A DNA stretch of 63,968 bases, filler included. It is 6 parts of 6 records of this genome, joined end to end, with 100 filler letters (N's around TTAATTAATTAA, not from the genome) between each part and the next. Parts side by side here need not be neighbours in the genome. Positions count along the whole stretch, not along the records: positions 37,277 to 45,022 come from DRR378314_1509; positions 45,123 to 52,490 come from DRR378314_1511; 4 more parts are not named here. The stretch is one strand, 5' to 3'. How positions within the stretch are numbered: position 1 is the first letter of the stretch; each line of letters opens with the position of its first letter. Under the pieces are notes generated by a model. It was not told where the DNA came from, made no database searches, and worked only from the letters and a program-made list of their open reading frames with translations. This document shows, piece by piece, positions 38,288 through 48,300 of this stretch. The position numbers and the translations under genes were made by a program.

Positions 38288-38965
38288 CTAGCTGTAAGTA
38301 ATGGCGTCGCCGCGGTCTTCCCGGTCCAAATGCGGAACCTGGTTAAAAATGGAAAGGCGATACACGTTCTTGTTGAAGAAACCCTGGGTTACCCCGGTGT
38401 TGCGAATCTGCAGGTTGAGCTCCACCACGGTGTCGTCGGCGGTGTTGAGCATGTGCCGCATCCACATGGCGATGGCGCCGCCGGAGCTGACCACCAGCAC
38501 CCGGTCGCGGTCGGCGTACTGTTCCTGGATGTGCGCCATGGCGCCGGCCACCCGGTCGCAGAAACCCTGCCAGCTTTCCGGCAGGTTGCCCTCCAGACGG
38601 CCGGCCTGCCAGCGCTGCATGGCTTTTTTCAGCACCCGGTAGAAGGCGGCCATAGAGGCGCCCTCCGGCGGCACTTCCTCGGGGTGGGCGCTCAGGTAGG
38701 CGTCGACAATGGAGTGGAAATCGAATTCGTTGAGCCCGGGCTGCAGGTCGGCGGCCAGACTGCTGCCGAGCCCCTCCTGGATGCCCTCGCCGGTTTCCAC
38801 GTGGCGCACCAGGTCGCCGGTGACCAGCGCGTCGAAGGTCTCGCCACGGGCACGGTAATACTCGCCAAGCCAGCGTGCCTGCTGATGTCCCAGCTGGGAG
38901 AGCTTGTCGTAGTTGGCGGCGCCGAAGGACGCCTGGCCGTGACGGATAAGGTGGAACTGGGCCAT
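38288..38965 (-). CDS. Histidine phosphatase (phosphoglycerate mutase-like) family protein
   Basis: N-terminal LIRHGQASFG (RHG motif), LNEFDF, VLVVSSGG. Confidence 0.88.
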   Translation of the reverse strand: MAQFHLIRHGQASFGAANYDKLSQLGHQQARWLGEYYRARGETFDALVTGDLVRHVETGEGIQEGLGSSLAADLQPGLNEFDFHSIVDAYLSAHPEEVPPEGASMAAFYRVLKKAMQRWQAGRLEGNLPESWQGFCDRVAGAMAHIQEQYADRDRVLVVSSGGAIAMWMRHMLNTADDTVVELNLQIRNTGVTQGFFNKNVYRLSIFNQVPHLDREDRGDAITYS

Positions 38966-39147
38966 GGTGTCGCCTGTGTGAGTTGCAATGAAGACAGCCT
39001 AGAACAGCCCGCTTAGTTAGTGAAATTGATATTTTGAATCCTGCCGAATAAATGCGGTGCATAGATCAGCGGTGGCCGTGGCGCTTGCTTTGCGAAATGG
39101 AATTCCGATATTTTGACTGGCTATTTGGCGAGAGACGGGAGAAGACC

Positions 39148-39921
39148 ATGAGCGCCCTGGCACTGCAAAGCGGCTATGTCCGCGTTACCGAGCACGGCAA
39201 ATTACTGGAAGTGACCCTGGACCGGGCCGACAAGCTCAACGCCCTGAGCGGCGAGATGTACCGGGATATCAGCCGCGCGGTGGACCACTACCGGGACCGG
39301 GACGACCTCACCGCCCTGCTGCTGGACGCCGAGGGCCGCGCCTTCACCGCCGGCAACGACATCGGCGACTTCCTGAACGCCGACCCGGCGTCGCGCAAGG
39401 ACGGCAAGCAGAGCCCGGCGATGGATCTGGTGCACCGGCTGATCGAGCTGGACAAGCCGGTGATCGCGGCGGTGCACGGCAACGCCACCGGCATCGGCAC
39501 CACCCTGCTGCTGCACTGCGATCTGGTGATCGCCGCGGACAGCGCCCGTTTCTATACCGCCTTCATCAACCTGGGCCTGGTGCCGGAAGCCGGCTCCAGC
39601 CTGATTCTGCCGGCCCTGCTGGGGCGCCAGAACGCCAACCGCCTGCTGCTCGCCGGCGACACCCTGACCGCCGACGAGGCGGAACGCATGGGTCTGGTGG
39701 CCTACCGGTGCGGCGACGACGAGCTGCGCGACAAGGCGCTGGAGCTGGGGGCGAAACTGGCCGCCAAGCCGCCGCAGGCGCTGCAGTACACCAAGCAGCT
39801 GACCCGCCACGGCGCCGACGCCATTCGCGAGCAGATCAAGAAGGAATCGGTGCTGTTCGCCGAGCGCATGTTCAGCGACGAAACCCGCGCTATCTTCGAC
39901 AAGTTCCTCAATAAAAAATAG
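39148..39921 (+). CDS. Enoyl-CoA hydratase/isomerase (crotonase family)
   Basis: LDRADKLNAL, AFTAGNDI, KPVIAAVHGNATGIG, LGLVPEAGSS. Start moved to ATG 39148 after a GGAG RBS. Confidence 0.9.
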   Translation: MSALALQSGYVRVTEHGKLLEVTLDRADKLNALSGEMYRDISRAVDHYRDRDDLTALLLDAEGRAFTAGNDIGDFLNADPASRKDGKQSPAMDLVHRLIELDKPVIAAVHGNATGIGTTLLLHCDLVIAADSARFYTAFINLGLVPEAGSSLILPALLGRQNANRLLLAGDTLTADEAERMGLVAYRCGDDELRDKALELGAKLAAKPPQALQYTKQLTRHGADAIREQIKKESVLFAERMFSDETRAIFDKFLNKK

Positions 39922-39927
39922 CGGCGG

Positions 39928-40575
39928 TCAGGCGACCAGCCCGCGCAGGGCGACAGTGACGACGCCGCCGACCAGCCGTTCGCGGCTGCCGGGGGCGTCG
40001 TCGTAGCGGGGGTGGTACCAGTTGATCACCGAGTTGAGCGCGCCGAGCACCGGCTTGATGGCGATGCGCGGTTCGGTGGCGTCCAGGTCGCCCTCGTCGA
40101 TGCCCTGGTTGAGCACCTTTAAAAACACCTGCTCGTAGCGGCGGCGCCGGTCCTGCAGCTGCATCAGCCGCTGGCGCTGGGCTTCGGTGGTGCTCACCCG
40201 CAGGTGCATCTGCACGCCCTCCACCACGGCGCGCTGGTAGTGCTGGGTCTCGATCAGGGTTTCCACGTGACGGCGGGCCATGCCGTGCAGCCGTTCCAGG
40301 GCCGGCGCGCGGCGCCGCACTTCCGGGTCCACCGCCTGCACCAGGGCGTCCATGGCGCGCTGGTGGATCTCGAAGAACAGGTCCGATTTGGAATCGAAGT
40401 AGTGATAGACCATGCCCTTGGTGGCACCCAGCCGGCGGGCGATGTCGTCGATGCTGGTGGCCTTGAAGCCGTGCTCCATAAAGCAGCGCGCCGAGGCGTC
40501 CAGGATGGTGTCCCTGGGGCTGTGCTCCAGGTCGGCGGAAAGGGGGGCCATGGTCGGTGCCGCGGAAACAGACAT
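39928..40575 (-). CDS. TetR/AcrR family transcriptional regulator
   Basis: HTH region ILDASARCFMEHGFKATSIDDIARRLGATKGMVYHYFDSKSDL; divergent from the ACAD operon. Confidence 0.9.
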   Translation of the reverse strand: MSVSAAPTMAPLSADLEHSPRDTILDASARCFMEHGFKATSIDDIARRLGATKGMVYHYFDSKSDLFFEIHQRAMDALVQAVDPEVRRRAPALERLHGMARRHVETLIETQHYQRAVVEGVQMHLRVSTTEAQRQRLMQLQDRRRRYEQVFLKVLNQGIDEGDLDATEPRIAIKPVLGALNSVINWYHPRYDDAPGSRERLVGGVVTVALRGLVA

Positions 40576-40837
40576 GAAATCATCCTGACGAATTTTCCCG
40601 AAAGCACAATAGTGCCACTTATTTCACAGTGGACCATTGACCCTTTTCACCGCCGCGCTGGTCACTGATGACACAACTGCCGCTAACCATGCCGTTTTTG
40701 ACCCTGGACGCCCCGCAGCCGGGCCAACATACTTCGGTCACACTCAAATAAATGAAAAGCAATTTCATAACAGCTTCCCAAGCGCCCCGCCGCCCCCGGC
40801 GGCCGGCCGCCGAGGGAGGCGCTCGAGGAGGAGAGCG

Positions 40838-42022
40838 ATGTCGGATCTCGAACAGTTCCGCGCGGAAACCCGGGCCTGGCTGGAGGCGAACTGCCCCGAG
40901 GAAATGCGCCAGCCCCTGAAGAGCCAGGCGGACCACTGCTGGGGCGGCCGTAAATGGCAGTTCCAGTCGGAAGCGCAGAAAGTGTGGATGGAGCGCATGG
41001 CCGACAAGGGCTGGACCGCGCCGCAGTGGCCCAAGGAATACGGCGGCGGCGGCCTGAGCCCGGAAGAGGCGGAGGTGCTGGCCGAAGAAATGCAGCGCAT
41101 CAACGCGCGCACGCCGGTGAGCAACTTCGGTTTCTGGATGCTGGGCCCGGCGCTGCTGAAATTCGGCAGCGAGGAACTCAAGCGCCAGCACCTGCCGCCG
41201 ATCTGCCGGGGCGAGATCCGCTGGTGCCAGGGCTACTCCGAGCCCAACGCCGGCTCCGACCTGGCCAGCCTGCAGACCCGCGCCGAAGACAAGGGCGACC
41301 ACTTCCTGGTCAACGGCCAGAAGATCTGGACCTCCTACGCGGACAAAGCGGACTGGATTTTCTGTCTGGTGCGCACCGACCCCAACGCCACCAAACACAA
41401 CGGCATTTCCTTCGCCCTGTTCGATATGGAAAGCGAAGGCGTCAGCACCCGCCCGATCGAGCTGATCTCCGGCGAGTCACCGTTCTGCGAAACCTTCTTC
41501 GACGACGTTAAGGTCGGCAAGGACCAGATCGTCGGCGAGCTTAACCGTGGCTGGGACGTGGCCAAGTACCTGCTCACCCACGAGCGCAACAACATCGGCG
41601 GCGAACCGCCGGGCTTCCTGAAGGGCCGTGCCCTGGGCCCGCTGGCCGCCGAGCACGTGGGCACCGAGCACGGCAAGCTGGCGGACACCGCCCTGCGCGC
41701 CGACATCGCGCGGCTGGAAATCGACCAGATGGCGTTCCAGGCGCTGGTGGGCAAGATCCGCGAAGAAGCGGAAGCCGGCCAGGGCGTGGGCGCCCAGTCC
41801 GCGGTGCTCAAGTACTACGGCACCGAGCTCAATAAGCGCCGCTACGAGGTGATGATGGACGCCCTCGGGGCCGAAGGCCTGGAGTGGGAAAGCGAGCGCA
41901 CCATGGGCGGTCTGTACGCCCGCGAGTGGCTGCGTTCCAAGGGCAATTCCATCGAAGGCGGCACCTCCGAGGTGATGCTGGGGATTGTTTCCAAACGCCT
42001 GCTGGGCCTGCCGGACGCATAA
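40838..42022 (+). CDS. Acyl-CoA dehydrogenase, PimC/FadE26-type catalytic subunit
   Basis: WCQGYSEPNAGSDLASLQTRA, VNGQKIWTS, LLTHER, SIEGGTSEV; GAGGAG RBS before ATG 40838. Confidence 0.9.
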   Translation: MSDLEQFRAETRAWLEANCPEEMRQPLKSQADHCWGGRKWQFQSEAQKVWMERMADKGWTAPQWPKEYGGGGLSPEEAEVLAEEMQRINARTPVSNFGFWMLGPALLKFGSEELKRQHLPPICRGEIRWCQGYSEPNAGSDLASLQTRAEDKGDHFLVNGQKIWTSYADKADWIFCLVRTDPNATKHNGISFALFDMESEGVSTRPIELISGESPFCETFFDDVKVGKDQIVGELNRGWDVAKYLLTHERNNIGGEPPGFLKGRALGPLAAEHVGTEHGKLADTALRADIARLEIDQMAFQALVGKIREEAEAGQGVGAQSAVLKYYGTELNKRRYEVMMDALGAEGLEWESERTMGGLYAREWLRSKGNSIEGGTSEVMLGIVSKRLLGLPDA

Positions 42023-42035
42023 GGAGTCGACGCTG

Positions 42036-43133
42036 ATGAAACTTAACGACGAACAACAGATGTTGCAGGATTCCGTGGCGCGGCTGATGGCCGACAAGGG
42101 CCCGGTATCCCACCTGCGCGAACTGCGCGACCGTAACGACGAAAAGGGCTACGACGAGCCGCTGTGGCACGCCATGGTGGAAGCCGGCCTGACCGGCATC
42201 CTGGTGCCCGAGGAACACGGCGGCATCGGCTTCGGCCTGGTGGGCGCCGGCCTGGTGGCCCGCGAGATCGGCCGTAACCTGTCGGTGACCCCGTTCCTGT
42301 CCACCGCGGTGCTGGGCGCCACGGCGCTGGCCGCCGGCGGCAGCGCCGAGCAGCAGCAGAAGTGGCTGCCGGCGATCGCCGAGGGCAGCGTGATCACCGC
42401 CCTGGCGGTGGACGACGGCGCCAAGCACCGTCCGGAAGCGATCAAGACCGAAGCCAAGGGGGCCGGTGACGGCGTCACCCTGACCGGTGGCAAACTGCTG
42501 GTGCTGGACGCCCATGTGGCGGACCTGCTGCTGGTGGCGGCCCGCCAGGGCGACGACACCGCGCTGTTCCTGGTCGACCCCAAGGCCCAGGGCGTGAGCA
42601 TCGAACGCACCCGCATGGTGGATGACCGCAACGCCGCCCGGGTGACCCTGGACAACGTCGCCGCCGAACCGATGGCGGACGGTGCCGCGGCGCTCGCCGC
42701 CGCCCTGCGCGCCGGCCGCGCGGTGCTGGCCGCGGAACTGTCCGGCCTGGCCCGGGAAGCGTTCGAACGCACTCTGCAATACCTCAAGGAGCGCAAGCAG
42801 TTCGGCCGCCTGATCGGCACCTTCCAGGCGCTGCAGCACCGCGCCGCCCTGCTGATGGGCGAAGTGTCCATGAGCGATGCCCTGGCGATGCAGGCCCTGG
42901 ACGCCTGCGACCGTAACGCCGCGGACGCCGACGTGCAGGTGCTGGCCGCCAAGGCCAAAGCCGCCCGCGTGGCGCTGCTGGCCGGTCAGGAAGCGGTGCA
43001 GATGCACGGCGGCATCGGCATGACCGATGAATTCGACATCGGCTTTTTCCTCAAGCGCGCCCGCGCCGGCGGTGAAACGCTGGGCGACGCCAACTACTGC
43101 GCGGACCGCTTCGCGGCACTGCGGGATTACTAA
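42036..43133 (+). CDS. Acyl-CoA dehydrogenase, PimD/FadE27-type partner subunit
   Basis: ERKQFGRLIGTFQALQHR, QMHGGIGMTDE; degenerate N-terminal FAD motif; AAGGAG RBS before ATG 42036. Confidence 0.88.
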   Translation: MKLNDEQQMLQDSVARLMADKGPVSHLRELRDRNDEKGYDEPLWHAMVEAGLTGILVPEEHGGIGFGLVGAGLVAREIGRNLSVTPFLSTAVLGATALAAGGSAEQQQKWLPAIAEGSVITALAVDDGAKHRPEAIKTEAKGAGDGVTLTGGKLLVLDAHVADLLLVAARQGDDTALFLVDPKAQGVSIERTRMVDDRNAARVTLDNVAAEPMADGAAALAAALRAGRAVLAAELSGLAREAFERTLQYLKERKQFGRLIGTFQALQHRAALLMGEVSMSDALAMQALDACDRNAADADVQVLAAKAKAARVALLAGQEAVQMHGGIGMTDEFDIGFFLKRARAGGETLGDANYCADRFAALRDY

Positions 43134-43148
43134 GAGGGAGATTCTATA

Positions 43149-43616
43149 ATGTCCAATAACAAGCTCAGCGTGGAAGAACTGAAAGCCAAAGTGGACCAGG
43201 ATCTGGGCACGTCCCGCTGGTTCCCGGTGACCCAGGAACGCATCGATCAGTTCGCCGACCTCACCGAGGACCCGCAGTGGATTCACATTGATCCGGAGCG
43301 GGCGGCCAAGGAAACCCCGTTCGGCGGCACCATCGCCCACGGCTTCCTGAGCCTGTCGCTGCTGTCCGCCATGGCCATGGACGTGGTCCCGGGCGTGCAG
43401 GGCACGGTGATGGGTATCAACTACGGCTTCGACAAGGTGCGCTTCCTGAACCCGGTGCGCTCCGGGTCCCAGGTGCGCGGCCACTTCAAGCTGGCCGGCG
43501 TGGAGCCGCGCGGCGACAACCAGCTGCTGATCCGTTATGCCATTTCGGTGGAAATCGACGGCGTCGATAAGCCGGCCATCGCCTGTGAATGGCTGAGCCT
43601 GATTGTTTTGGGATAA
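43149..43616 (+). CDS. MaoC-family (R)-specific enoyl-CoA hydratase
   Basis: Hydratase-2 motif FADLTEDPQWIHIDPERA, TIAHGFLSLSL, NYGFDKVRFLNPV. Confidence 0.9.
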   Translation: MSNNKLSVEELKAKVDQDLGTSRWFPVTQERIDQFADLTEDPQWIHIDPERAAKETPFGGTIAHGFLSLSLLSAMAMDVVPGVQGTVMGINYGFDKVRFLNPVRSGSQVRGHFKLAGVEPRGDNQLLIRYAISVEIDGVDKPAIACEWLSLIVLG

Positions 43617-43620
43617 AACC

Positions 43621-43693
43621 AGCTACAAGCTTCAGGCTTCAAGCTGCAAGCGGGCCATGCCTGCTTGTGGCTTGCCGCTTGTAGCTTGTGGCT
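43621..43693. repeat. Inverted array of 7-bp tandem repeats forming an intergenic hairpin
   Basis: Left arm AGCTACA AGCTTCA GGCTTCA AGCTGCA AGC; right arm GCTTGTG GCTTGCC GCTTGTA GCTTGTG GCT. AGCTACAAGC (43621-43630) is the exact reverse complement of 43677-43686. Confidence 0.85.
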
Positions 43694-43711
43694 CTCCAAC
43701 GGAGAGTTTTT

Positions 43712-44632
43712 ATGAGTATTAATTTCGAAGGCCGGGTGGCGATCGTCACCGGCGCCGCCAACGGCCTGGGTAAATCCCACGCGCTGTCGCTGGCCAAATT
43801 GGGCGCCAAGGTGGTGGTCAATGATTTCGGCGGCGCCCGCGACGGCACCGGCGGTTCCAGCGAAGCGGCGGAGAAAGTGGTCGCCGAGATCAAGGCCGCC
43901 GGCGGCGAAGCGATCGCCAACGGCGCCGACGTGTCCAGCGAGGAACAGGTCGACGCCATGGTCCAGCAGACCCTGGACCAGTGGGGCCGTATCGACATCC
44001 TGGTGAACAACGCCGGCATCCTGCGTGACAAAAGCTTCGCCAAGATGGAAATGTCGGACTGGGACAAAGTGGTGGCGGTGCACCTGACCGGTTCCGCGAT
44101 CTGCACCCGGGCGGTGTGGCCGGTGATGCGCGAGCAGAAGTACGGCCGCGTGATCATGACCACCTCCACCTCCGGGCTGTACGGCAACTTCGGCCAGGCC
44201 AACTACGGCGCCGCCAAAATGGGCGTGGCCGGCCTGATGAATACCCTCTGCCTGGAAGGCGAGAAGTACGACATCAAGGTAAACTGTGTGGCGCCCACCG
44301 CGGCCACGCGTATGACCGAAGACCTGATGCCCAAGGAAGTGCTGGCCCTGCTGGAGCCGGAAGCGATCACCCCCGCGGTGTTGTTCCTGGCCAGCGACCA
44401 GGCCCCTAACCAGCGTATCGTGCTGGCCGGCGCCGGCTGCTACGCCATGGTGCGGCTGATGGAAAGCGACGGCATTTACCTCAACGAGGAAGAGCGCACG
44501 CCGGACGCCATCGCTGCTCAGTTCGAGCAACTGGGCGACATGGGCAACGCCCGCGAGATGAGCAACGGCGGCGAGCACGTCACCAAGATTCTGACCAAGG
44601 CCGCGCAGGCCAAAGGCATCAAACTTACTTAA
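43712..44632 (+). CDS. SDR oxidoreductase, MFE-2/HSD17B4-like 3-hydroxyacyl-CoA dehydrogenase
   Basis: VTGAANGLG, VVVNDFGG, NNAGILRDKSF, YGNFGQANYGAAK (YxxxK); GGAG RBS before ATG 43712. Confidence 0.9.
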   Translation: MSINFEGRVAIVTGAANGLGKSHALSLAKLGAKVVVNDFGGARDGTGGSSEAAEKVVAEIKAAGGEAIANGADVSSEEQVDAMVQQTLDQWGRIDILVNNAGILRDKSFAKMEMSDWDKVVAVHLTGSAICTRAVWPVMREQKYGRVIMTTSTSGLYGNFGQANYGAAKMGVAGLMNTLCLEGEKYDIKVNCVAPTAATRMTEDLMPKEVLALLEPEAITPAVLFLASDQAPNQRIVLAGAGCYAMVRLMESDGIYLNEEERTPDAIAAQFEQLGDMGNAREMSNGGEHVTKILTKAAQAKGIKLT

Positions 44633-44643
44633 AGAGGTTCATC

Positions 44644-45022
44644 ATGAGAGAAGCAGTCATCGTTTCCACCGCCCGTACTCCCATCGGCAAGGCCTACCGG
44701 GGCGCGTTCAACGACACCCAGGCCCAGGCGCTGGGCGGTCACGTGATCAAGCACGCCGTGGAGCGCGCCAAGATCGATCCGGAGAGCATCCAGGACGTGA
44801 TCATGGGCGCCGCCCTGCAGCAGGGTTCCACCAGCGGCAACGTGGCCCGTCAGGCCGCCCTGCGCGGTGGCCTGCCCACCTCCGTGGCCGGCATGACCAT
44901 TGACCGTCAGTGCGCGTCCGGCCTGATGGCCATCGCCACCGCCGCCAAGGAAATCGTGGTCGACAATATGGACGTGGCGGTCGCCGGCGGCCTGGAGTCC
45001 ATCTCCCTGGTGCAGAACGACA
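44644..45022 (+). CDS. Acetyl-CoA C-acyltransferase (thiolase, PimB-like), 3' truncated
   Basis: EAVIVSTARTPIGKAYRG, TIDRQCASGL (catalytic Cys), AGGLESISLVQN. Confidence 0.9.
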
Positions 45023-45122
45023 NNNNNNNNNNNNNNNNNNNNNNNNNNNNNNNNNNNNNNNNNNNNTTAATTAATTAANNNNNNNNNNNNNNNNNNNNNN
45101 NNNNNNNNNNNNNNNNNNNNNN
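45023..45122. other. Artificial contig-joining spacer
   Basis: N-TTAATTAATTAA-N, 100 nt. Confidence 0.98.
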
Positions 45123-45355
45123 GACGATGATAGCTGTGCAAACATCGAGTTTCTATCAGACCTTCAAGGACATAATCGCTGTGTCAACGTCGTCAGGTTC
45201 TCCCCCGACGGTGCGCTGCGTGGCTGACGCGGCGGATACTTGGGACAGCTTGCGCGTGCACGTGAATGCACTCCCCAGAATAGAACAGCCCGATCTTGCA
45301 TGTGCAGACGGCTGCCGCGCTGCTCACTGCTTTCACTGTGTATGTGCTCATATAG

Positions 45356-48300
45356 GGAAGCTTCTGGCGTCTGCTGGAGATGATGGGATGGTCATGCTGT
45401 GGCATTTGGACGAGACGTCGAGTGCAGACGCTCCGAAACCTTCAGGTATAGCTTCGCGCACGGCGTTGCCGCTTGCTTACGTCGCCCTGTTGCGCGCCGC
45501 GAAGCCTTCCCACGCCTGTCCTGTTCCTTTCTTCTGCACCACCGCGCCTACCATGAATACTGTGCAGGCTTATAATATTTTCTGGAACGCTCTACTCCCG
45601 CAGTATACTGGGCGTCAGTCGCACCCTGTTTGTTCTCTAATTGCTCCTTTGCAAAGGTGACTCGCGGGATCACCATGTCGCGTTGTCACTGAATGAACGC
45701 CAGGGAACTTGGAGAGCTTGGGAAGCGCCGAGTTCAACAAAGAGAAATGGAAAACGCTTCGCGCGATGAAAGGCCACACTGGTGATGTTGTTGATGCCTG
45801 CTGGTCACCGTGCAGCCGCTGGCTTATCACGGGCAGCATTGACAATCTGGCGATCGTTTGGGATGTGGAAAAAGGTGCGGCACCCTGGGTGTGGCCGGTG
45901 GCATGCGGAGCTCCGCGGACGAACTAGGTTCTTATCTTTGCGCTGCCGATCAGGAAAGCCCTCGGCAGCCAAATTTGCCCCTACTCTCATATTTTCCGCC
46001 TGGACCCAAGGTGGGGATCGGTGTGGCTGCGGGGAGTGAGAGAATCCGCTATGTGTGGCGAGTCAATGTTTCCTGCGGTTCGTTGCAGATAGGAAGAGTG
46101 GATTGCGGGTTCGCAGGAGAGCATGGCCAGCGCCCTTTATCCGCGCCTTTTGCCCGATGCTGCGTCGCAAATACCCAGGTTGCGGTATCTCAACAGTGCA
46201 TGTACCGGTTCTGTATGTCTGCGCATGGTTGTCGCCTCCTTTTTTGCAGGTTCTATTGTCAAGAGGTTGTCCGACCACAAGCACTACGTGCAGGGAGTTG
46301 CGTGGGATCCTCGCGCCAAGCTCCTGGCAACGGAGAGCAGCGACCGGACAGTCCGTGTCTACCGCTCACATCTCGGGGTGCTGTCAAAGAAACGCAAAGT
46401 GTTTGCGCAGCGATTCCTGATAAAACAGCTCGAGAACCAGGTGCGTTTGGAAAGGCCTCGGCGGGGTGTTGCTAATGGAACACTCGCTTTTTTATTTTTC
46501 CCTTGACGGATCTTTATGCACATGCGCATTCTCCGCTCACGGTTGCAAAGAGCCAAGGATGTTCCTCTCTGAACAAGGGAATCCCAGTTGTTGCGTTTTT
46601 CCAAATGAGTACCACATGCACATGCGGGAGTGAGTTTACCTCGTAGAATCTGAAGTGCAACAGCCGGTTTGCGTCGCTGGCACCGCGATACGCGTGCGCA
46701 TCTGCCACTCGGTGAAGGATCTTGGTATGTAAACGTTGTTTTCTCGCTTTCCTGAATGACAATCACCGCCTGCGTGCGCTTGTATTGGGGAATATTGTTT
46801 ATGATGATTCCAGCAAAACGAGCAAAGCGCTCCACATCGCCTTTTTCTCGACGAATCTGTGTGCACCACGGTGCGAAGGCCCTCGTTCTCTCCTTGCGGC
46901 AGCCTGCTTGCGCTCCCGACCGGCGCAAAGCGCGAGGGTTCTGAGATCGCCCAGGGAACGTATCTGTTTGCGCGTGGCCAGCTGTCGAAGCCGCTTGCTT
47001 TCCTTCCGCACGACGGGTCTGCGTCGCTGGCGACGGCATTTGCCCCAGTATTCCTGCGAAAGCGCACAGCGCAAGGAGGCACGTCGGGAGTCGTCCCGGA
47101 GCTGCCGTACCGCATGCTCTTCGCGGTCGCGACCCCAGAATCCGTCCTCATCTACGATACGGAGTGCGACTCGCCCATCGTTTGGGCCAAAGGATTCCAC
47201 CCGGTCCCCATTTCCGACATCTCGTGGTACGCACGTGGTGGCTCACAAAACGAGTGCCGTTCTCGCCCGCGTCAGCGTTTGCTTTGTGCAGCGCCGCGAC
47301 CGTCGCTATTGTGTAGCGGAATCCGCACAAACAGCGACCGCAACCTCAGGCGCTGGTTCTTGCACGAGGTTATGCGAACGAGAAAATTTTCTGTCTCAAA
47401 AGCCAAGATCAGTAGTTACACTGGATTATCCTGTTTTTGTTGCCGGCAGGCTTCTGCTTATCTTCTGTTTCTCTCCCATGCAATCTCTTCCGTATGCGGA
47501 TTTCCAGGTCCTCGGACGGTCGGTTCCTGATGGTTGCGTCCAAAGATGGGTTCTGCTCAGTTGTGATATTGTCCGAAGAAGAGCGCGGTCCTGTTTTGCC
47601 GCAAGAAGGTGCGCTGTGCTATGATGTGGCTTGAAGGAGCGAATGCATATCGCCAATACGAAGTCGCTTGTATATGTGTCCTGGTTTGGGTTCTCTTCCT
47701 CTGTTGGTGGAGCTCAACCGTGCCCCACTGTGGCCGCCGGAAATGTGAACGTTCCGCGCGTTGCGCAAGACCGTCGTATTTCTATTGTCTTCTGTTTGGC
47801 TTTGTAGCGTCTTGCGTATGGTATGCCCTATCATGTTCTGCCAGTACTTGGGTACGCTTCTGGTTACGATGTTTCCTGAGAACTCACGTGGGCGAGGGTA
47901 CTATTTCATTTTCATGCTGCGTTGCGCTCTGCTTCGTTTCGACGCAGAGCTGCCTGAGCGCTTGCGCGAGGAACTTCGCGTCGCTTCAATCGGTGAACTT
48001 GTCTCTCAGAAGTACGTGCGTGTGATACACACAAAACACTGTACCATATGTCGGATTTCAAGCTCGCGGTATTTCTATCAAGGCTTTTTTATTCTGCTGT
48101 TTTCGCGAGTAGAAGGCCGCTGCCAAAGAAAGCAACGAAGTGCCGCGGTACCTACCGTGGTTGCGTACCAAGGACTGTTTGTCGTCCAAGACGCTACGTG
48201 CTTCTTATCGATTGCCTGTACGATTTCCTCTTTCCCTTTTTCCAATCCGTGCGTGTTTTGTGTGTAAAATCACAGCCGCAAAGGAACCGGGGCGAAACGG

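Noticed and set aside
43621..43693. CRISPR array
   Set aside because: Units are 7 bp with no spacers, and there are no cas genes in the window.
37177..45122. Bacterial operon between eukaryotic genes as horizontal transfer or endosymbiont insertion
   Set aside because: Both ends are artificial spacers and the edge genes are cut mid-frame, so adjacency carries no information. The same applies to 58907-63968.
48113..48147. Extra CAF-1 p60 exon with AG/GT borders
   Set aside because: Including it shifts the frame; joining 48011 directly to 48276 keeps the frame that encodes the B-domain motifs.
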